Shown here piece by piece: positions 38,385-49,684 of a stretch of DNA of 64,000 bases. A model generated the notes under the pieces. It was not told where the DNA came from. It saw nothing but the letters and a program-made list of their open reading frames with translations, and did not search any database. The translations under genes were made by a program, and so were the position numbers. The stretch lies in assembly GCA_963778655.1 (NCBI GenBank), contig CAVZVA010000009.1, forward strand, positions 640,001 to 704,000. Direction: 5' to 3'. Numbering within the stretch: the first letter of the stretch is position 1; each line of letters opens with the position of its first letter. This DNA is from an uncultured delta proteobacterium (GTDB taxonomy: Bacteria > Myxococcota_A > Polyangia > Polyangiales > JAFGIB01).

Positions 38385-38882
38385 TCACGAGCGCCCGCGC
38401 GCGCGTCCGATTGCGGCGCGCGCCTCCTTCAAGTCGATCTCGCGACGGATGTCCTCGCGCTTGTCGCCGCGCTTCTTGCCCTTGCCCAGGCCGAGCTCGA
38501 CCTTGGCCCGCCCGTGCTTGAAGTACACCGAGAGCGGCACCAGCGCGTAGCCGCGCTGGGCGAGCTTGCCCAGCAATCGCTTGATCTCGACCTTGTGCGC
38601 GAGCAGCTTGCGGGTGCGCTTGGGCTCGTGGCCGAACACGCCGGCCTGCTCGTAGGGCGCGATGTGCATGCCGTGCAGAAACAGCTCGAGGCCATCGAGG
38701 CTGGCATACGCGCTCTCGATATCGGCCCGGCGCGCGCGCAGGCTCTTGACCTCGGAGCCGGTCAGCACGATGCCGACCTCCAGGCGCTCTTCCAGCTCGT
38801 ACTGGTGTGAGGCCTTGGGATTGCGGCACACCAAAAGCATGCCGGCGGCCTTGTCGCCCTTGTCGCCCTTGTGCTTGGCCAT
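38385..38882 (-). CDS. smpB: SsrA-binding protein
   Basis: NPKASHQY, GIVLTGSEVKSLR, RKLLAHK, GKGKKRGDKRE. Confidence 0.96.
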   Translation of the reverse strand: MAKHKGDKGDKAAGMLLVCRNPKASHQYELEERLEVGIVLTGSEVKSLRARRADIESAYASLDGLELFLHGMHIAPYEQAGVFGHEPKRTRKLLAHKVEIKRLLGKLAQRGYALVPLSVYFKHGRAKVELGLGKGKKRGDKREDIRREIDLKEARAAIGRARGRS

Positions 38883-38905
38883 GATCCGGCCAGGCTCATA
38901 ACAGG

Positions 38906-39709
38906 TCAGCGCCCTGCGGGCGAGCGCCCCCCATCGGGCACCCCCCGCTCCCCGGCGCCGTGCGCGCTCGGAGGCCTGGACGTAGGCGTGGTCGCGGTCG
39001 TAGGCGTAGGCGTAGGCGTAGGCGTAGGCGTAGGCGTCCCCGTCCCCGTCCCCGCATCCGCCACCTTCGGCACGCCCCCGTCCCCGCTCGCGGCCGGCGC
39101 GCTCGCGGGCGTCGCCCGCGCGTCCACGCAGAACTCGGGGTCGAGCCAGACCGGCTCGGTGGAGTCGGGCTTGCGCGCGAGCGCATAGCCGTTGCCCGGC
39201 GCGCGATTGACGAAGCCCGAGTTGCGAATGCGGTAGATCTGGATGCACGGCGGCTCGCCCGAGGCGGGCTCTCGCTGCACGAAGACCTCGGCGAAGCCGT
39301 CGCCATCCGCGTCGTAGCCGCCGTTCAGCGGCGCAGGCAGCAGCTCGTAGCGCACGCCCTCATGAAGCGCGTCGGGCTCGACCGGGTCGAGCGCCAGCTC
39401 GATCCCGCGCACGGTCACGACGCGCACTTGCGTGGGCCGGCCGCGTGCGTCGGTGAAACCCAGCGCCGTGAAATCCTGGCCCTTCTGCTGCAGCTGCAGC
39501 CGGTAGCCCAAGCCCTCGAGCTGCCGGCGCAGCGCTTCGGCCTCGGCGTCCGGTTGCACGCCCAACACCAGATACTGATCGTCGTTGAAGAAAGGACCGT
39601 GCGGCTGCGACGCGCAGGTGCAGAGCGCCGCCAGACCGAGCAGCGCGAGCAGGGGCCGGGCGCGCGCGGCGCCGGCCGCGGAGGCCCGAGCTCCCGGGCG
39701 ACCGCTCAC
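38906..39709 (-). CDS. Hypothetical lipoprotein with Thr-Pro repeat tail
   Basis: [13 protein letters not shown] signal; DADGDGFAE; (TP)n tail encoded by hexamer repeats near 39000-39054. Confidence 0.65.
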   Translation of the reverse strand: MSGRPGARASAAGAARARPLLALLGLAALCTCASQPHGPFFNDDQYLVLGVQPDAEAEALRRQLEGLGYRLQLQQKGQDFTALGFTDARGRPTQVRVVTVRGIELALDPVEPDALHEGVRYELLPAPLNGGYDADGDGFAEVFVQREPASGEPPCIQIYRIRNSGFVNRAPGNGYALARKPDSTEPVWLDPEFCVDARATPASAPAASGDGGVPKVADAGTGTGTPTPTPTPTPTPTTATTPTSRPPSAHGAGERGVPDGGRSPAGR

Positions 39710-41028
39710 AGCGCCTGGAGCACCGTCCGCTTGACCGCGTCGTAGTCGTTGGGCAACGCGATCGGCTGATTCGGGTGGCGGCTGTGCACGCCCTCGATGC
39801 GGCCTTCGTGGTAGCGGATCTTGAAGTCAGTGAACTTGAGACCGCTGGCGGTGGAGATCACCACCACCCGGTCCTTCCTCGTGATCTCGCCGCGTTCTAC
39901 CAGCTTCACCAGCGCGGCCAGCGCCACGCCGGTGTGGGGACAGGCGAAGGTGCCGGTACGGTCGGCCGCGGCCGCGGCTTCGGCTAGCTCGCTCTCGCTG
40001 GCCTGCTCGACCACGCCGTCGTAGCGCTTGAGCGTGCGAATCGCGCGCTGGATCGACACTGGATTGCCGATGCGGATCGCGCTGGCCTCGGTAGGCTTGG
40101 CGGTCATCGGCTCGAACTGGGCGTAGCCGCGCTTGTACGCCGTGTACAGCGGGTTGGCCGACTCGGCCTGCGCCACGCAGATGCGCGGCCTGCGCTTGAT
40201 CAGCCCGAGCTCGTACATCAGGTCGAAACCCGAGCCGAGCGCGGACACGTTGCCGAGATTCCCACCGGGGATGATCACCCAGTCGGGCACTTCCCAGTCG
40301 AACTGCTGCACGATCTCGATCGCGACCGTCTTCTGGCCTTCGAGCCGCAACGAGTTCATCGAGTTGGCGAGGTAGATGCCCGGCTCTTCGGCGAGCTTCT
40401 GCACGATCGCCATGCAGCCGTCGAAGTCCGTGTCGAGCGCACACACCTGCGCGCCGTTGGCGAGCGGCTGCACGAGCTGCGCCGTGGTCACCTTGCCGCG
40501 CGGCAACAGCACCGCCGCGCGGATGCCGGCGGCCGCGCAATAGGCGGCGAGCGCGGCCGAGGTGTCGCCGGTGGAGGCGCACACGATCGCGCGGATCGGC
40601 TTGCCCCGCTTGATCATCTGCCGCACCACGCTGACCAGCACCGTCATGCCCAGGTCCTTGAACGAGCCGGTGTGGCTGTTGCCGCAAAGCTTGATCCACA
40701 GCTCCGGCAGCCCCAGGCTCTGGCCGTAGCGCTCGGCCCAGAACAGATTGGTGCCGCCCTCGTGCAGCGACACGATGCAGTCTTCGTCGAGGTGGGGAAC
40801 GACCCACTCCTTCTTGCCCCACACGCCGCTGCCGTAGGGCCAGCGCGAGGTGCCCGAGCGCTCGTCGAACAGCTTGACCCAGGCGGCGGCGCTGCGGCGG
40901 CGCAGCGCCTCGAGGTCGTGGTGGACTTCGAGCAGCTCGCCGCACTTGGGGCAGCGGTAGATCACCTCTTCGAGGTCGTAGCTGCCTTCGCACCCGGCGA
41001 CGCAGCGAAAGCTGCAGCTGTAGTCCAT
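39706..41028 (-). CDS. thrC: Threonine synthase
   Basis: [35 protein letters not shown]. Confidence 0.94.
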   Translation of the reverse strand: MDYSCSFRCVAGCEGSYDLEEVIYRCPKCGELLEVHHDLEALRRRSAAAWVKLFDERSGTSRWPYGSGVWGKKEWVVPHLDEDCIVSLHEGGTNLFWAERYGQSLGLPELWIKLCGNSHTGSFKDLGMTVLVSVVRQMIKRGKPIRAIVCASTGDTSAALAAYCAAAGIRAAVLLPRGKVTTAQLVQPLANGAQVCALDTDFDGCMAIVQKLAEEPGIYLANSMNSLRLEGQKTVAIEIVQQFDWEVPDWVIIPGGNLGNVSALGSGFDLMYELGLIKRRPRICVAQAESANPLYTAYKRGYAQFEPMTAKPTEASAIRIGNPVSIQRAIRTLKRYDGVVEQASESELAEAAAAADRTGTFACPHTGVALAALVKLVERGEITRKDRVVVISTASGLKFTDFKIRYHEGRIEGVHSRHPNQPIALPNDYDAVKRTVLQAL

Positions 41029-41273
41029 CGCGCGGCAGTATAGAGGAGCCCCAGGCACCCTGCCCGGCGAAATTTGCCGGCTTGTGCTGGACGGCGCGGC
41101 AGCAGGCCGGAAACGCAGGGATCCCTGCCCGGGTCTCGCGCTCCTCCTCTGGGAGGGCGGATTTGCGCGATTACGAGCGAGCGGAGCGACGCTCGGGAGG
41201 GGTGGGGCGGGAGGGGCGCGTGTCCCTCCCGGGCGTATCAACTTGTCGTGAACGCGGAATTTTCTTCAGGAGC

Positions 41274-42278
41274 TCATGAGGCGCACAAGTAGTCGTCGCC
41301 TTCCCGATAGCCGCGGGCGTCGAGCTCGGCGCGGGCCAGGTCGCGCGCCCCGCGTGCGGCCAGAGCCACCACCACCCAGCGCTCGCCAGGCGGGGCGAGC
41401 GCGTCGACCGCCACGATCGCGGCGCCTCGGGCCATCCGGCCGAGCTTGCGCGGGTCGATGTCGATGAAGCGGGCCGCGCGCACGTCGTGCGGCTCGAGCG
41501 CGCGCGCCAGCCGTTTGCCCGCGGCGCCCGCGCCCCACACGTCCAGCGGGCGCGGGTGCGCGCGCAGCCGCCGCGCGAGATGAGGCGCCTTGAGCGCGGT
41601 GAAGCGCGGGCGCGCGTAGCGCGGGTCGCTGCGGGTGGCGCCGGCTGGCGAGCTGCGCCAGCGCAACAGCACGCGCTGCAGCTTGGCCAGGGCGTAGCCG
41701 GCGGCATCCAGACGCAGCCACAGGTCGTAGTCCTCGGGAAAGGCACCGTCGCGAAAACCGCCCACCGCGTGCAGCGCGTCGGCGCGCAACATCACCGAGG
41801 GATGGCACAGCGGCGATTCGACGAAGATCTGGCGGCGGTGATCGGCGGCGCTGATCAGACCGTTCTGCCACGCCACGTAGCGGCGCATGCCTTCCTGCAG
41901 CGCGTCGTCGGCGAACGCCTCCACGCACGTGCCGAGCGCGGCCAGCGCCGGCTGCTGCCGCATGCGCTGGAGCTGGGCGGCCAGGCGCCCGGGCAGCGAC
42001 ACGTCGTCGGCGTCCATGCGCGCGAGCCACGGCGCGCGCGCGGTCTGCGCGGCCTGTTGCAGCGCGCGCGCGATGCCGACCCCGCCGGACGTCATCGGCC
42101 GCAGTCGTGAATCGGTCGCGGCCAGCTGCTGCGCGATGCGCGCCCCGCCGTCCCGCGAGCCGTCGTCGACCGCGATCAGCTCGAGCGAGACGTCCCGCTG
42201 GGCGAGCACGCTGCGCAGCGCCTGCTCCAGCGTCGCCTCCGCGTCGCGATACGGCAGCAAGACCGAGACCTCGATCAC
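41274..42278 (-). CDS. Glycosyltransferase family 2
   Basis: VDDGSRD, RMDADD, PEDYDLWLR. Confidence 0.9.
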   Translation of the reverse strand: MIEVSVLLPYRDAEATLEQALRSVLAQRDVSLELIAVDDGSRDGGARIAQQLAATDSRLRPMTSGGVGIARALQQAAQTARAPWLARMDADDVSLPGRLAAQLQRMRQQPALAALGTCVEAFADDALQEGMRRYVAWQNGLISAADHRRQIFVESPLCHPSVMLRADALHAVGGFRDGAFPEDYDLWLRLDAAGYALAKLQRVLLRWRSSPAGATRSDPRYARPRFTALKAPHLARRLRAHPRPLDVWGAGAAGKRLARALEPHDVRAARFIDIDPRKLGRMARGAAIVAVDALAPPGERWVVVALAARGARDLARAELDARGYREGDDYLCAS

Positions 42279-42390
42279 CGCTGGTGCTCCGGTCCCGGCA
42301 CGCTCACGCCCTCGAATTCAGAACACGGCAAGAAGGGAAGGGCGATCCAAACTGTTCCCGCCTTCCTGTTGCATCCCATGAACGGCCGCA

Positions 42391-42780
42391 TCAGTCGTTG
42401 CACTGGCCGTCCGGGTCGCTGGTGACCTCGCCGCGCAGCGATTCGGTGTGCTGCAGCCAGGCTTCGGCGATGTCCTGTGGCACGCCGTGTCGCAAGAGCG
42501 CCTGGCGCAGCAGCTCTTTGCGGCGCGCGAATTGCCCGCCCATGATGCGGTGCCTGGCGTGCGCCTGGCGCAACGGACGGCCGCCGTAGCGCACCGGCCC
42601 TCCCAGGTGCTCGGCCGCGTGCTGGTACTCGAGCTCCTTGAGCCGCGCGCGGTCGATGTCGCGGAACATGAAGCCGATCATGATGTCGCTGGTCACCCGG
42701 TCGACGAAGTCGGAGACGATCGCACGCAGCGCGGGCTCGCCGCCCAGGCGTTCGTACATCGAGCTCATGCTCGAGAGCAT
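42391..42780 (-). CDS. Group 1 truncated hemoglobin
   Basis: YERLGGE, LGGPVRYGGRPLRQAH. Confidence 0.88.
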   Translation of the reverse strand: MLSSMSSMYERLGGEPALRAIVSDFVDRVTSDIMIGFMFRDIDRARLKELEYQHAAEHLGGPVRYGGRPLRQAHARHRIMGGQFARRKELLRQALLRHGVPQDIAEAWLQHTESLRGEVTSDPDGQCND

Positions 42781-42784
42781 GGCC

Positions 42785-44365
42785 TCAAGTCGTGATCTTC
42801 GCCACGCTATAGCTGGCCAGCTCGCTGAGGTGGGCCAGCATGCCGGGATACTGCATCGCGATGGTGTGGAACGCGGCCGAGGGAAGGCGCAGCACCAGCA
42901 TGTTCGCCAGCGCCCGCACGCTCACGTCCGAGGGGTCCTGCGTGAGCAGGCTGGCCTGTCCGAACATGGTCCCGGTCTCATGCGTCTCGGCCGGGCGCTC
43001 GTCGCCGTAGCTCACCTCGAACGCGCCGGTGAGGTTCACGTACAGGCCGTCCATCAGCTTGCCGCGCTCGGCCAGCACCATGCCCATGGGCACGCGGCGG
43101 ATCTCGAACAGCTGCGCCAGCTCCTGGCGCCCGTGCCCGTCGAACTCCTGGAACAGCGGCGAGGACTGCAGCAGGTTGCCGAGCAGGCGTCGGGTGAGCA
43201 GCTCGAGCACGATCTCAGCCATCTGCGGGAACGCCGCGAGCAGGCTGTTGAGCACGTTGCGCGGGATCTTGAGCGCCGCCAAATGGCCACGCACCACCAC
43301 GTCGGCGTGGCGCTTCTCGCCCGCCAGCAGGCAGGCCTCCCCGAACACGTCGCCCTCCGCCAGCGTCATGCGCAGCTGCTGCCCCGGCACCATCACGTCC
43401 ACGCTGCCCTCGACGATGCCGTAGAGCGCGTCGGCCCGTTCGCCCTTGCGCACCACGGTCGCGCCGTCCTCGAGCTCGATCATCTCCGCGTGCTTGACCA
43501 GCTCGATCAGCGCCTGGTGCGGCAGCTCCGCGAACAGCGGAAACAGCGGCAGCTTGGACAGTGTGATGGCGTCGCGGTGAAGCGGGCGCACGCGGTCGCG
43601 GCCGGCGGGCGTGCGCGGCTCGAGCTCGGGCTCGGTCAGGCTGGGCCGTAACCCGCCGGCCGGAGGCGCGTTGGAGAAGCGCGTCTCGTTGGGCTTGACG
43701 TCGGGCGCGATAGTGAGCTCGTCGGCCAGCTCGAGCACTTCCACGGAGATGTCCTGCTCGCGCGAGCGCCGCGCAGGAGGCGCGGGCGACGCGCTGCGCT
43801 CGACGTCCGCGCCGCTGCTCTGGCGCTTGATCGCCGCCTTGACGCGCGTGAGCCCGCGCTCGCGCGTGGGCGGCGGCCTGACCGGGATCGGGGCGTCGTC
43901 CTCGGGCACGATCGCGGGGTGCCGCACCGCCACCGGCTCTTCGGGCAACAACGCCGGGTGCCGCGGCGCAGGATCGCTCACCGCCACCGCCGGGTGGGTC
44001 GCCGGGCGCAACGAGATCGCCTGCCGCTGCTCGCGGTGCAGCTTGCGCGCAGCCTCGGGGTCGATGCGCTCCAGCACGTCGATGCGCGTGGCGTCGATGT
44101 CGATGATGGTCTTGGCCATTGCCACCGCGCGCGCCAGGAAGCCCTGGTCGGCGTAGAGGTTGGCGGCGATCGTGTAGCTTTCGACCGCCTCGACGTTGCG
44201 GTTGCGCTTGCGGTACAGCTCGCCGCGCTTGTGCGGCCAGCGCGGCGCCTTGGGCTCGGCTTCGATCAGCTTGCCGAGCAGCTTGATCGCCTCGTCGTCC
44301 TTGCGCTTGGACAGGGCGGTTTCGAGCTTTTCGCGCAGCTTACGGACGTTCTTGTCTTCCGTCAT
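42785..44365 (-). CDS. TPR-like + tandem cyclic-nucleotide-binding domain protein
   Basis: GDVFGEACLL..KRHADV; second domain GTMFGQASLL. Confidence 0.85.
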   Translation of the reverse strand: MTEDKNVRKLREKLETALSKRKDDEAIKLLGKLIEAEPKAPRWPHKRGELYRKRNRNVEAVESYTIAANLYADQGFLARAVAMAKTIIDIDATRIDVLERIDPEAARKLHREQRQAISLRPATHPAVAVSDPAPRHPALLPEEPVAVRHPAIVPEDDAPIPVRPPPTRERGLTRVKAAIKRQSSGADVERSASPAPPARRSREQDISVEVLELADELTIAPDVKPNETRFSNAPPAGGLRPSLTEPELEPRTPAGRDRVRPLHRDAITLSKLPLFPLFAELPHQALIELVKHAEMIELEDGATVVRKGERADALYGIVEGSVDVMVPGQQLRMTLAEGDVFGEACLLAGEKRHADVVVRGHLAALKIPRNVLNSLLAAFPQMAEIVLELLTRRLLGNLLQSSPLFQEFDGHGRQELAQLFEIRRVPMGMVLAERGKLMDGLYVNLTGAFEVSYGDERPAETHETGTMFGQASLLTQDPSDVSVRALANMLVLRLPSAAFHTIAMQYPGMLAHLSELASYSVAKITT

Positions 44366-44416
44366 GCTCGGGCGATCGGAGCGAGCGAGCGTTTCGGCTC
44401 CACGGGGCGGAGGCGC

Positions 44417-45409
44417 TCAACGCTGTCTGTATATCATACACGCGTGAGCCCGCGCCCCAAGCAGTGCGACGTGTGGGCTCATGACTACAACCACGGGAAT
44501 GCGCGCCAGCAGCGGCGACATGCGGCCCTTGTCCAGCAGCGCCCGCATGAACTCGCCGCGGCGCAGCCGCTCGAGCAGCTTGGGCGCGATGCCGCCGGCC
44601 ACGAACAGGCCGCCGGTCGGCAGCACCTTGAGCGCGAGGTTGCCGGCCTCGGCCCCGTAGAGCGCGACGAAGATCGACAGCGCACGCGCGCACGCTGCGT
44701 CGCTGCCATCGCTGCCTCTGCGCCCGATGACCTCCGCCGGATCGCCCTCGCGCATCTGCTGCTGCGTGTCCGGTGCCGCAGGGGCCAGCCCCTGCGCCAG
44801 CACGAAGGCGTGGATCGAGACCAGACCCGGTCCGGACACCGCGCGCTCCACCGACACCCGGCCGCCGTGACGCGCGCGCAAGAAGCGCAGCAGCGCGTCC
44901 TCGGTCTCGTTGCGCGGCGCGAAGTCCGCGTGTCCGCCCTCGCTCGCCAGCACGCGCAAGCTTCCGGCCGTGGGCACTGCGACCGCCTCGCCCAGCCCGG
45001 TGCCCGCGCCGATCAGCGCGATCGGGCCCTGCGGGTCGCGCTCGCCGGCCGCGAGCTCGGCGAGATCGTCCGGCCCTAGCTCGCCCACGCCGAGCGCGCT
45101 CGCCGCCAGGTCGTTGAGCAGGGCGGCCGGCGCGCCCAGCGCGCGGCCCAGCGCGCCCTCGGCCACTTGCCACGGCAGGTTTGTCAGCTGAACGCGACCG
45201 TCTCGGACCGGCCCGGCCACGGCGAAGGCGCAGGTATCGACGCGGCGGCCGTGCAGAAACTCGAGCGCCAGCGCCTCCAGGTCCGGGTAGTCAGCGCTGT
45301 GGAACCGGGCACGCTCGAGCTCCACCGGTTGCGGGTCGAGCCGGTACAGCCCGAGCTCGGTCTTGGTGCCGCCGATGTCGCCTGCCAGCACGCGCATCGC
45401 TGCAACCAT
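44417..45409 (-). CDS. glk: Glucokinase
   Basis: GDIGGTKT, LTNLPW, NDL, GAGTGLG, SEGGH, KGRM. Confidence 0.93.
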   Translation of the reverse strand: MVAAMRVLAGDIGGTKTELGLYRLDPQPVELERARFHSADYPDLEALALEFLHGRRVDTCAFAVAGPVRDGRVQLTNLPWQVAEGALGRALGAPAALLNDLAASALGVGELGPDDLAELAAGERDPQGPIALIGAGTGLGEAVAVPTAGSLRVLASEGGHADFAPRNETEDALLRFLRARHGGRVSVERAVSGPGLVSIHAFVLAQGLAPAAPDTQQQMREGDPAEVIGRRGSDGSDAACARALSIFVALYGAEAGNLALKVLPTGGLFVAGGIAPKLLERLRRGEFMRALLDKGRMSPLLARIPVVVVMSPHVALLGARAHACMIYRQR

Positions 45410-45465
45410 AGCGCGCTTTGCGGATCCCGCGAGTCAGCCGGCCGCAGGGGGCTTACTATGCACGC

Positions 45466-45915
45466 ATGCGCTCGCTCGGCGTCGATCCAGGGTCCCGTCG
45501 CATCGGGCTGGCCATTTCCGACGAGGACGGCTTGATCGCCTCGCCGCTGTCGACTCTGCAGGGCGGCGGCGATGTCGAGCGTGTCGCGCGCGCGCTGCTG
45601 GCCGAGGCCGGGCGGCTGCAAGCCCAGCGGCTGGTGGTCGGCCTGCCCCTGCGCCTGGACGGCAGCGAGGGCGAGGCCGCGCGCAGGTCGCGGCGGCTGG
45701 CCGAGCGCCTGAGGGCGCTGGGGGCGCCCGAGGTCGTGTTGTGGGACGAGCGGCTCAGCACCAAATCGGCCGAGCGCGCGCTGGGCGAGGCCGGCGTGCG
45801 CGGGAGCAAGCGCCGCGAACGCGTCGATCGCGTCGCTGCGGCCTTGATCCTGCAGGGCTACCTCGATGCGGAGCGCGAGCGGAAGCGAGATGGGGAAGAG
45901 ACGCACGAGCGCTGA
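45466..45915 (+). CDS. ruvX: YqgF/RuvX family nuclease
   Basis: GVDPGSRRIGLAISD, VGLP, WDERLST, DRVAAALILQGYLD. Confidence 0.93.
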   Translation: MRSLGVDPGSRRIGLAISDEDGLIASPLSTLQGGGDVERVARALLAEAGRLQAQRLVVGLPLRLDGSEGEAARRSRRLAERLRALGAPEVVLWDERLSTKSAERALGEAGVRGSKRRERVDRVAAALILQGYLDAERERKRDGEETHER

Positions 45916-47035
45916 GCGCGGTGCGCGCGGGCGCGTGCGCCGGCGTTGGCTCGTGCGCAGCGCGTTGCTGCTCGTGCTGTGCGCGGCGGCGGTGCTGGCG
46001 GCCGTGGGCTGGCTGGTGATGGCCTATCCGGGACGCCCCGGCCCGGGCCGCGGGCGCCTGGTCGAGATCGAGATCGATCCCGCCCGCGGGCTCGAGCGCG
46101 TCGCCGGCCAGCTCGCGGCCGCGGGCGCGCTGGCGGAGCCGCGGCTGTTCGTGCTCTACGCGCGCGTGCTCGGTGCCGGCGGCGCGCTGCGCAGCGGCGA
46201 GGTTCTGGTCTACGACAACATGAGCCCCAAGCTGCTGCTGCGGCGCGTGGCCCGCGGCTACGGCCCGGTCGAGCTGCGGGTGGTGATCCCGGAGGGCTTC
46301 ACCCGCTTTGACATCGCGCAGCGGCTGGCGCGCTTCGGCGTGTGCGGACGCGAGGCCTTCCTGGCGGCCAGCGAGGATCCGCAGTTGCTGCACGAGCTTG
46401 CCCTCGACCCGCCCAACGCCGAGGGCATGTTGTTTCCCGACACCTACTTGCTGCAAGACGACATGGATCCGCGCGCGGTGGTGCGGCGGCTCGTACACAA
46501 CGCGCGCCGGCGCACCGACGCGCTTGCTGCCGAGCAACGGGCGGCCTTCGAGCGGCTGCACGCGGAGCTGGGCTGGGGCTTTCGCGAGGTGCTGATCCTG
46601 GCTTCGATCGTCGAGCGGGAGGCGGCGGTGCCGGCCGAGCAGCCGATGATCGCCGGGGTGTTTCTCAATCGCTTGCTCGACCCGAGCTTCACGCCCAAGC
46701 GCCTGCAGGCCGATCCGACCGTGGCGTATGGCTGTCTGGTCGATCCCGGATTGGCGTCGTGCGCGAGCTTCGACGGCCGCCAGATCACCCGCGCGATGCT
46801 GGCCGACCCGGCAAACCGCTACAACACCTACCGCATCGACGGGCTGCCGCCGGGGCCGATCTCGAATCCGGGCCTGTCCGCGTTACGCGCGGTGCTCGTT
46901 CCCGCGCACCACGACTACTTCTACTTCGTGGCCAAGGGCGGAGGCCTGCACACCTTCAGCCGCACCCTCGAGGACCACAACGCCGCAGTCGGCCAGGTCC
47001 GCGCCGCGCGCGCTGCCGCTGCCGCGGCGCCCTGA
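45890..47035 (+). CDS. mltG: Endolytic transglycosylase MltG
   Basis: IPEG, EGMLFPDTY, LASIVERE, LQADPT, YNTY..GLPPGPISNPG. Confidence 0.95.
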   Translation: MGKRRTSAERGARGRVRRRWLVRSALLLVLCAAAVLAAVGWLVMAYPGRPGPGRGRLVEIEIDPARGLERVAGQLAAAGALAEPRLFVLYARVLGAGGALRSGEVLVYDNMSPKLLLRRVARGYGPVELRVVIPEGFTRFDIAQRLARFGVCGREAFLAASEDPQLLHELALDPPNAEGMLFPDTYLLQDDMDPRAVVRRLVHNARRRTDALAAEQRAAFERLHAELGWGFREVLILASIVEREAAVPAEQPMIAGVFLNRLLDPSFTPKRLQADPTVAYGCLVDPGLASCASFDGRQITRAMLADPANRYNTYRIDGLPPGPISNPGLSALRAVLVPAHHDYFYFVAKGGGLHTFSRTLEDHNAAVGQVRAARAAAAAAP

Positions 47036-47200
47036 GCCACCCCGCCACGTCGGGCTCCAGGGCGCGGCTCCGCCGCATTGCGCACTCCGTCGTCGTAGGC
47101 GTGCTCGTAGTCGTGCGCGCGCGTGGTCGTCGCCGTGGCCGTGGTCGACCCGGCCGGGCCAAGGGCGCGCGGACGGGCGGCGTGGTGTAAGGTGGGTGGC

Positions 47201-48064
47201 GTGGGCGCTCCGACCTCTCCCAACATCCGCTGGCACCCCGGGCAGATCACACGCGCGCAACGCGAAGCCCTGCACGGGCACCGCGGCGTGGCGCTGTGGC
47301 TCACCGGCCTGTCCGGCTCCGGCAAGAGCACGCTGGCCCGCGCGCTCGAGAGCGCGCTGGTCGGCCGCGGCGTCTCCGCCTACGTGCTCGACGGCGACAA
47401 CGTGCGGCACGGGCTCAGCGACGACCTGGGTTTTTCCGCCGAGGACCGGAGCGAGAACATCCGGCGCATGGGCGAGGTCGCCAAGCTGTTCGTCGATGCG
47501 GCCGTGGTGGTGCTGTGTGCGTTCGTTTCGCCCTACCGCGCGGATCGCGCGCGCGCGCGCGCGCTGCTCGGGGACGGCGATTTCGTCGAGCTTTACGTGA
47601 AGGCCTCGCTCGAGGCCTGCCGTGCCCGCGACCCAAAGGGTCTCTACGGCAAGGCCCAGAGCGGTGAAATTTCGGACCTGACCGGCGTGGGCTCCCCCTA
47701 CGAGCCTCCCGAGCATCCCCAATTGGTGCTAGACACCGAGCAGCAGGAGCTGGCGCAGAGCGTGGCCACGGTGCTCGGATTCCTCGAGGCCCACGGCTAC
47801 ATCCCTGGCGCGCGCTCGGCGGATTCCAGCATAGCAACCAGGGCAGGATGGGAGACGAGTCCGAGACGACGCAGGTCCGGCGCCCGGTGCGCCGCCGCAA
47901 TCCCGAGGAGAGCCGGCGGCGAATCCTCGACGCGGCCGAGCGCGCATTTGCGCTGCGCGGCTTCGGCGGCGCCCGCCTGCGCGACATCGCGCAGGAGGCC
48001 GGCGTGCACCACGCGCTGGTGCACCACTACTACGGCGACAAGCGCGGCCTGCTGCAGGAGGTGA
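47201..48064 (+). CDS. cysC: Adenylyl-sulfate kinase (homology ends near 47805; frame runs on)
   Basis: [35 protein letters not shown]. Confidence 0.9.
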   Translation: MGAPTSPNIRWHPGQITRAQREALHGHRGVALWLTGLSGSGKSTLARALESALVGRGVSAYVLDGDNVRHGLSDDLGFSAEDRSENIRRMGEVAKLFVDAAVVVLCAFVSPYRADRARARALLGDGDFVELYVKASLEACRARDPKGLYGKAQSGEISDLTGVGSPYEPPEHPQLVLDTEQQELAQSVATVLGFLEAHGYIPGARSADSSIATRAGWETSPRRRRSGARCAAAIPRRAGGESSTRPSAHLRCAASAAPACATSRRRPACTTRWCTTTTATSAACCRR

Positions 48065-48516
48065 TCCAGCGCGGGCTCGAACGCATATCGCAAGCGGGCC
48101 GTGAGGCGCTGGCCGCGCCGGCGACCTTGGAGAGCGCCGTGCGCGGATTCGTGGGCGTGCTGTTCGACTTCTGCGCCAACAACCGCGGGCTGCTGCGCAT
48201 CATCGAGGATGCTGTGCGCAACCGGGACGTGGTGTCCTTCGACGTGACGCAGGCCGCGCTCGCAGCGCTGGCCGGCCCAGTGCTGGCGCGCATCAAGAGC
48301 GCGATCGAGCTGGGTCAGAAGGGCGGCACGGTGCGCGTAGACCTGTCGGCCGATTCGCTGATCCTGCTCGGCTTCGGCGCCATCGTGTACCGCTTCGACA
48401 CCGCCGAGAGCGTGCTGACCGCGATGGGCTTGCCCGAGCGCACCGAGCAGAACCTCACCGCGGACCGCGAGCACGCGATCAAGTACGTGCTCTCCGCGAT
48501 GCGCCCGCCGAGATAG
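47848..48516 (+). CDS. TetR/AcrR family regulator
   Basis: [34 protein letters not shown]. Confidence 0.92.
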   Translation: MGDESETTQVRRPVRRRNPEESRRRILDAAERAFALRGFGGARLRDIAQEAGVHHALVHHYYGDKRGLLQEVIQRGLERISQAGREALAAPATLESAVRGFVGVLFDFCANNRGLLRIIEDAVRNRDVVSFDVTQAALAALAGPVLARIKSAIELGQKGGTVRVDLSADSLILLGFGAIVYRFDTAESVLTAMGLPERTEQNLTADREHAIKYVLSAMRPPR

Positions 48517-48529
48517 CAACCCCTCCCGT

Positions 48530-49684
48530 CTATCGAGCCAGCGCCAGCGGGCTCCGGCCCTGATTCGCGCTCAGCAGCGGCTCGCCGCCCTCGTCGTCCT
48601 CCGGGGTCTTGAGCTCCTCGTAATCGCGCCGCGGATGCGGGTGGTCCTGCCGCCGCTCGCAACGCAGGCCCTTGGGACGCGCTTCGTCGGGCATCCACTG
48701 GGCGCGCCGAATCGGCGGCATCCAAGCGGGGAAATTCGGCACCGTGGGTCGAAACAGCGGCAGCGGATCGCAGTTGTGGCCGTCGTGGATCAGCTCGAAG
48801 TGCACGTGCGGGCCCATGCTGTGACCGGTGCTGCCGAGCTCCGCGATCGGCTGTCCCTGGCGCACGTGCTCGCCCGGGACCACCAGCACGCGTTGGTTGT
48901 GCGCGTAGAGCGTGACGAAGCCGCCGGGGTGCACCAGCAGCACCAGCGTGCCGTAGCCGCGCAGCTCATTGCTGGCGTAGCCGACCACGCCCGGCGCGGC
49001 CGCGAGCACCGGGCTGCCGCGCGGTCCGTCGATGTCGACCGCCAGGTGGTAGCCGTTCGGTCCGGAGCCGAAGCCGCGCCCAAACATGCCGGCGCGCACC
49101 GGCCACAGCAGCGTGCCGGTGTAGCTCGACACGCCGCGGCTCGCCTCCTCGACCCATTCCGGCTCGGGCTCGCCCGCCCACAGCTCGGAGGCGGCCTGGC
49201 GGTTGCCCAGACCGAGCTGAAACGCGTGCATCATGGCCGCGTAGCGCCGACGCTCGGCCGGTGTCGAGCCGCGCAACGCGAGCGGCAAGCGTTCGTAGAA
49301 GCTCCAGCGCTCGGCGTGGTCGTGCTGGGCCGCGAGCTGCATCGCGCGCGGTCCGCGCAGGCCGTAGCGCGCTTCGAGCTGAAAGCCCGTCACGCCCGAG
49401 AGCCCCAGCACGCCCGCCACGCACAAGCCGAGCGCCCTCGCCGTCCAGGCCGGCAGCGAGAGCGAGCGCGCCCCGAGCCCGTCGTCGGGCACCAACAACA
49501 CGGTGAGCGGCCCGCGTCGCCTGCGAGGCTGCGCGCGGCTCGCGGCGTGGTCGCGAGCCGCGCGCTTCGCCTGCGCCCGCGCCTGATGTGCGGAGCGGGC
49601 GTCGCGCACCCACGCCGGCTCGCAGTCCTCGATCGAGATTGGGGGCAGCGAGGGCATCGGGATGATGCTGTTCGAAAGCGACAT
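48530..49684 (-). CDS. M23 family metallopeptidase
   Basis: HLAVD, TLYAHN, GPHVHFE; N-terminal transmembrane segment. Confidence 0.9.
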   Translation of the reverse strand: MSLSNSIIPMPSLPPISIEDCEPAWVRDARSAHQARAQAKRAARDHAASRAQPRRRRGPLTVLLVPDDGLGARSLSLPAWTARALGLCVAGVLGLSGVTGFQLEARYGLRGPRAMQLAAQHDHAERWSFYERLPLALRGSTPAERRRYAAMMHAFQLGLGNRQAASELWAGEPEPEWVEEASRGVSSYTGTLLWPVRAGMFGRGFGSGPNGYHLAVDIDGPRGSPVLAAAPGVVGYASNELRGYGTLVLLVHPGGFVTLYAHNQRVLVVPGEHVRQGQPIAELGSTGHSMGPHVHFELIHDGHNCDPLPLFRPTVPNFPAWMPPIRRAQWMPDEARPKGLRCERRQDHPHPRRDYEELKTPEDDEGGEPLLSANQGRSPLALAR

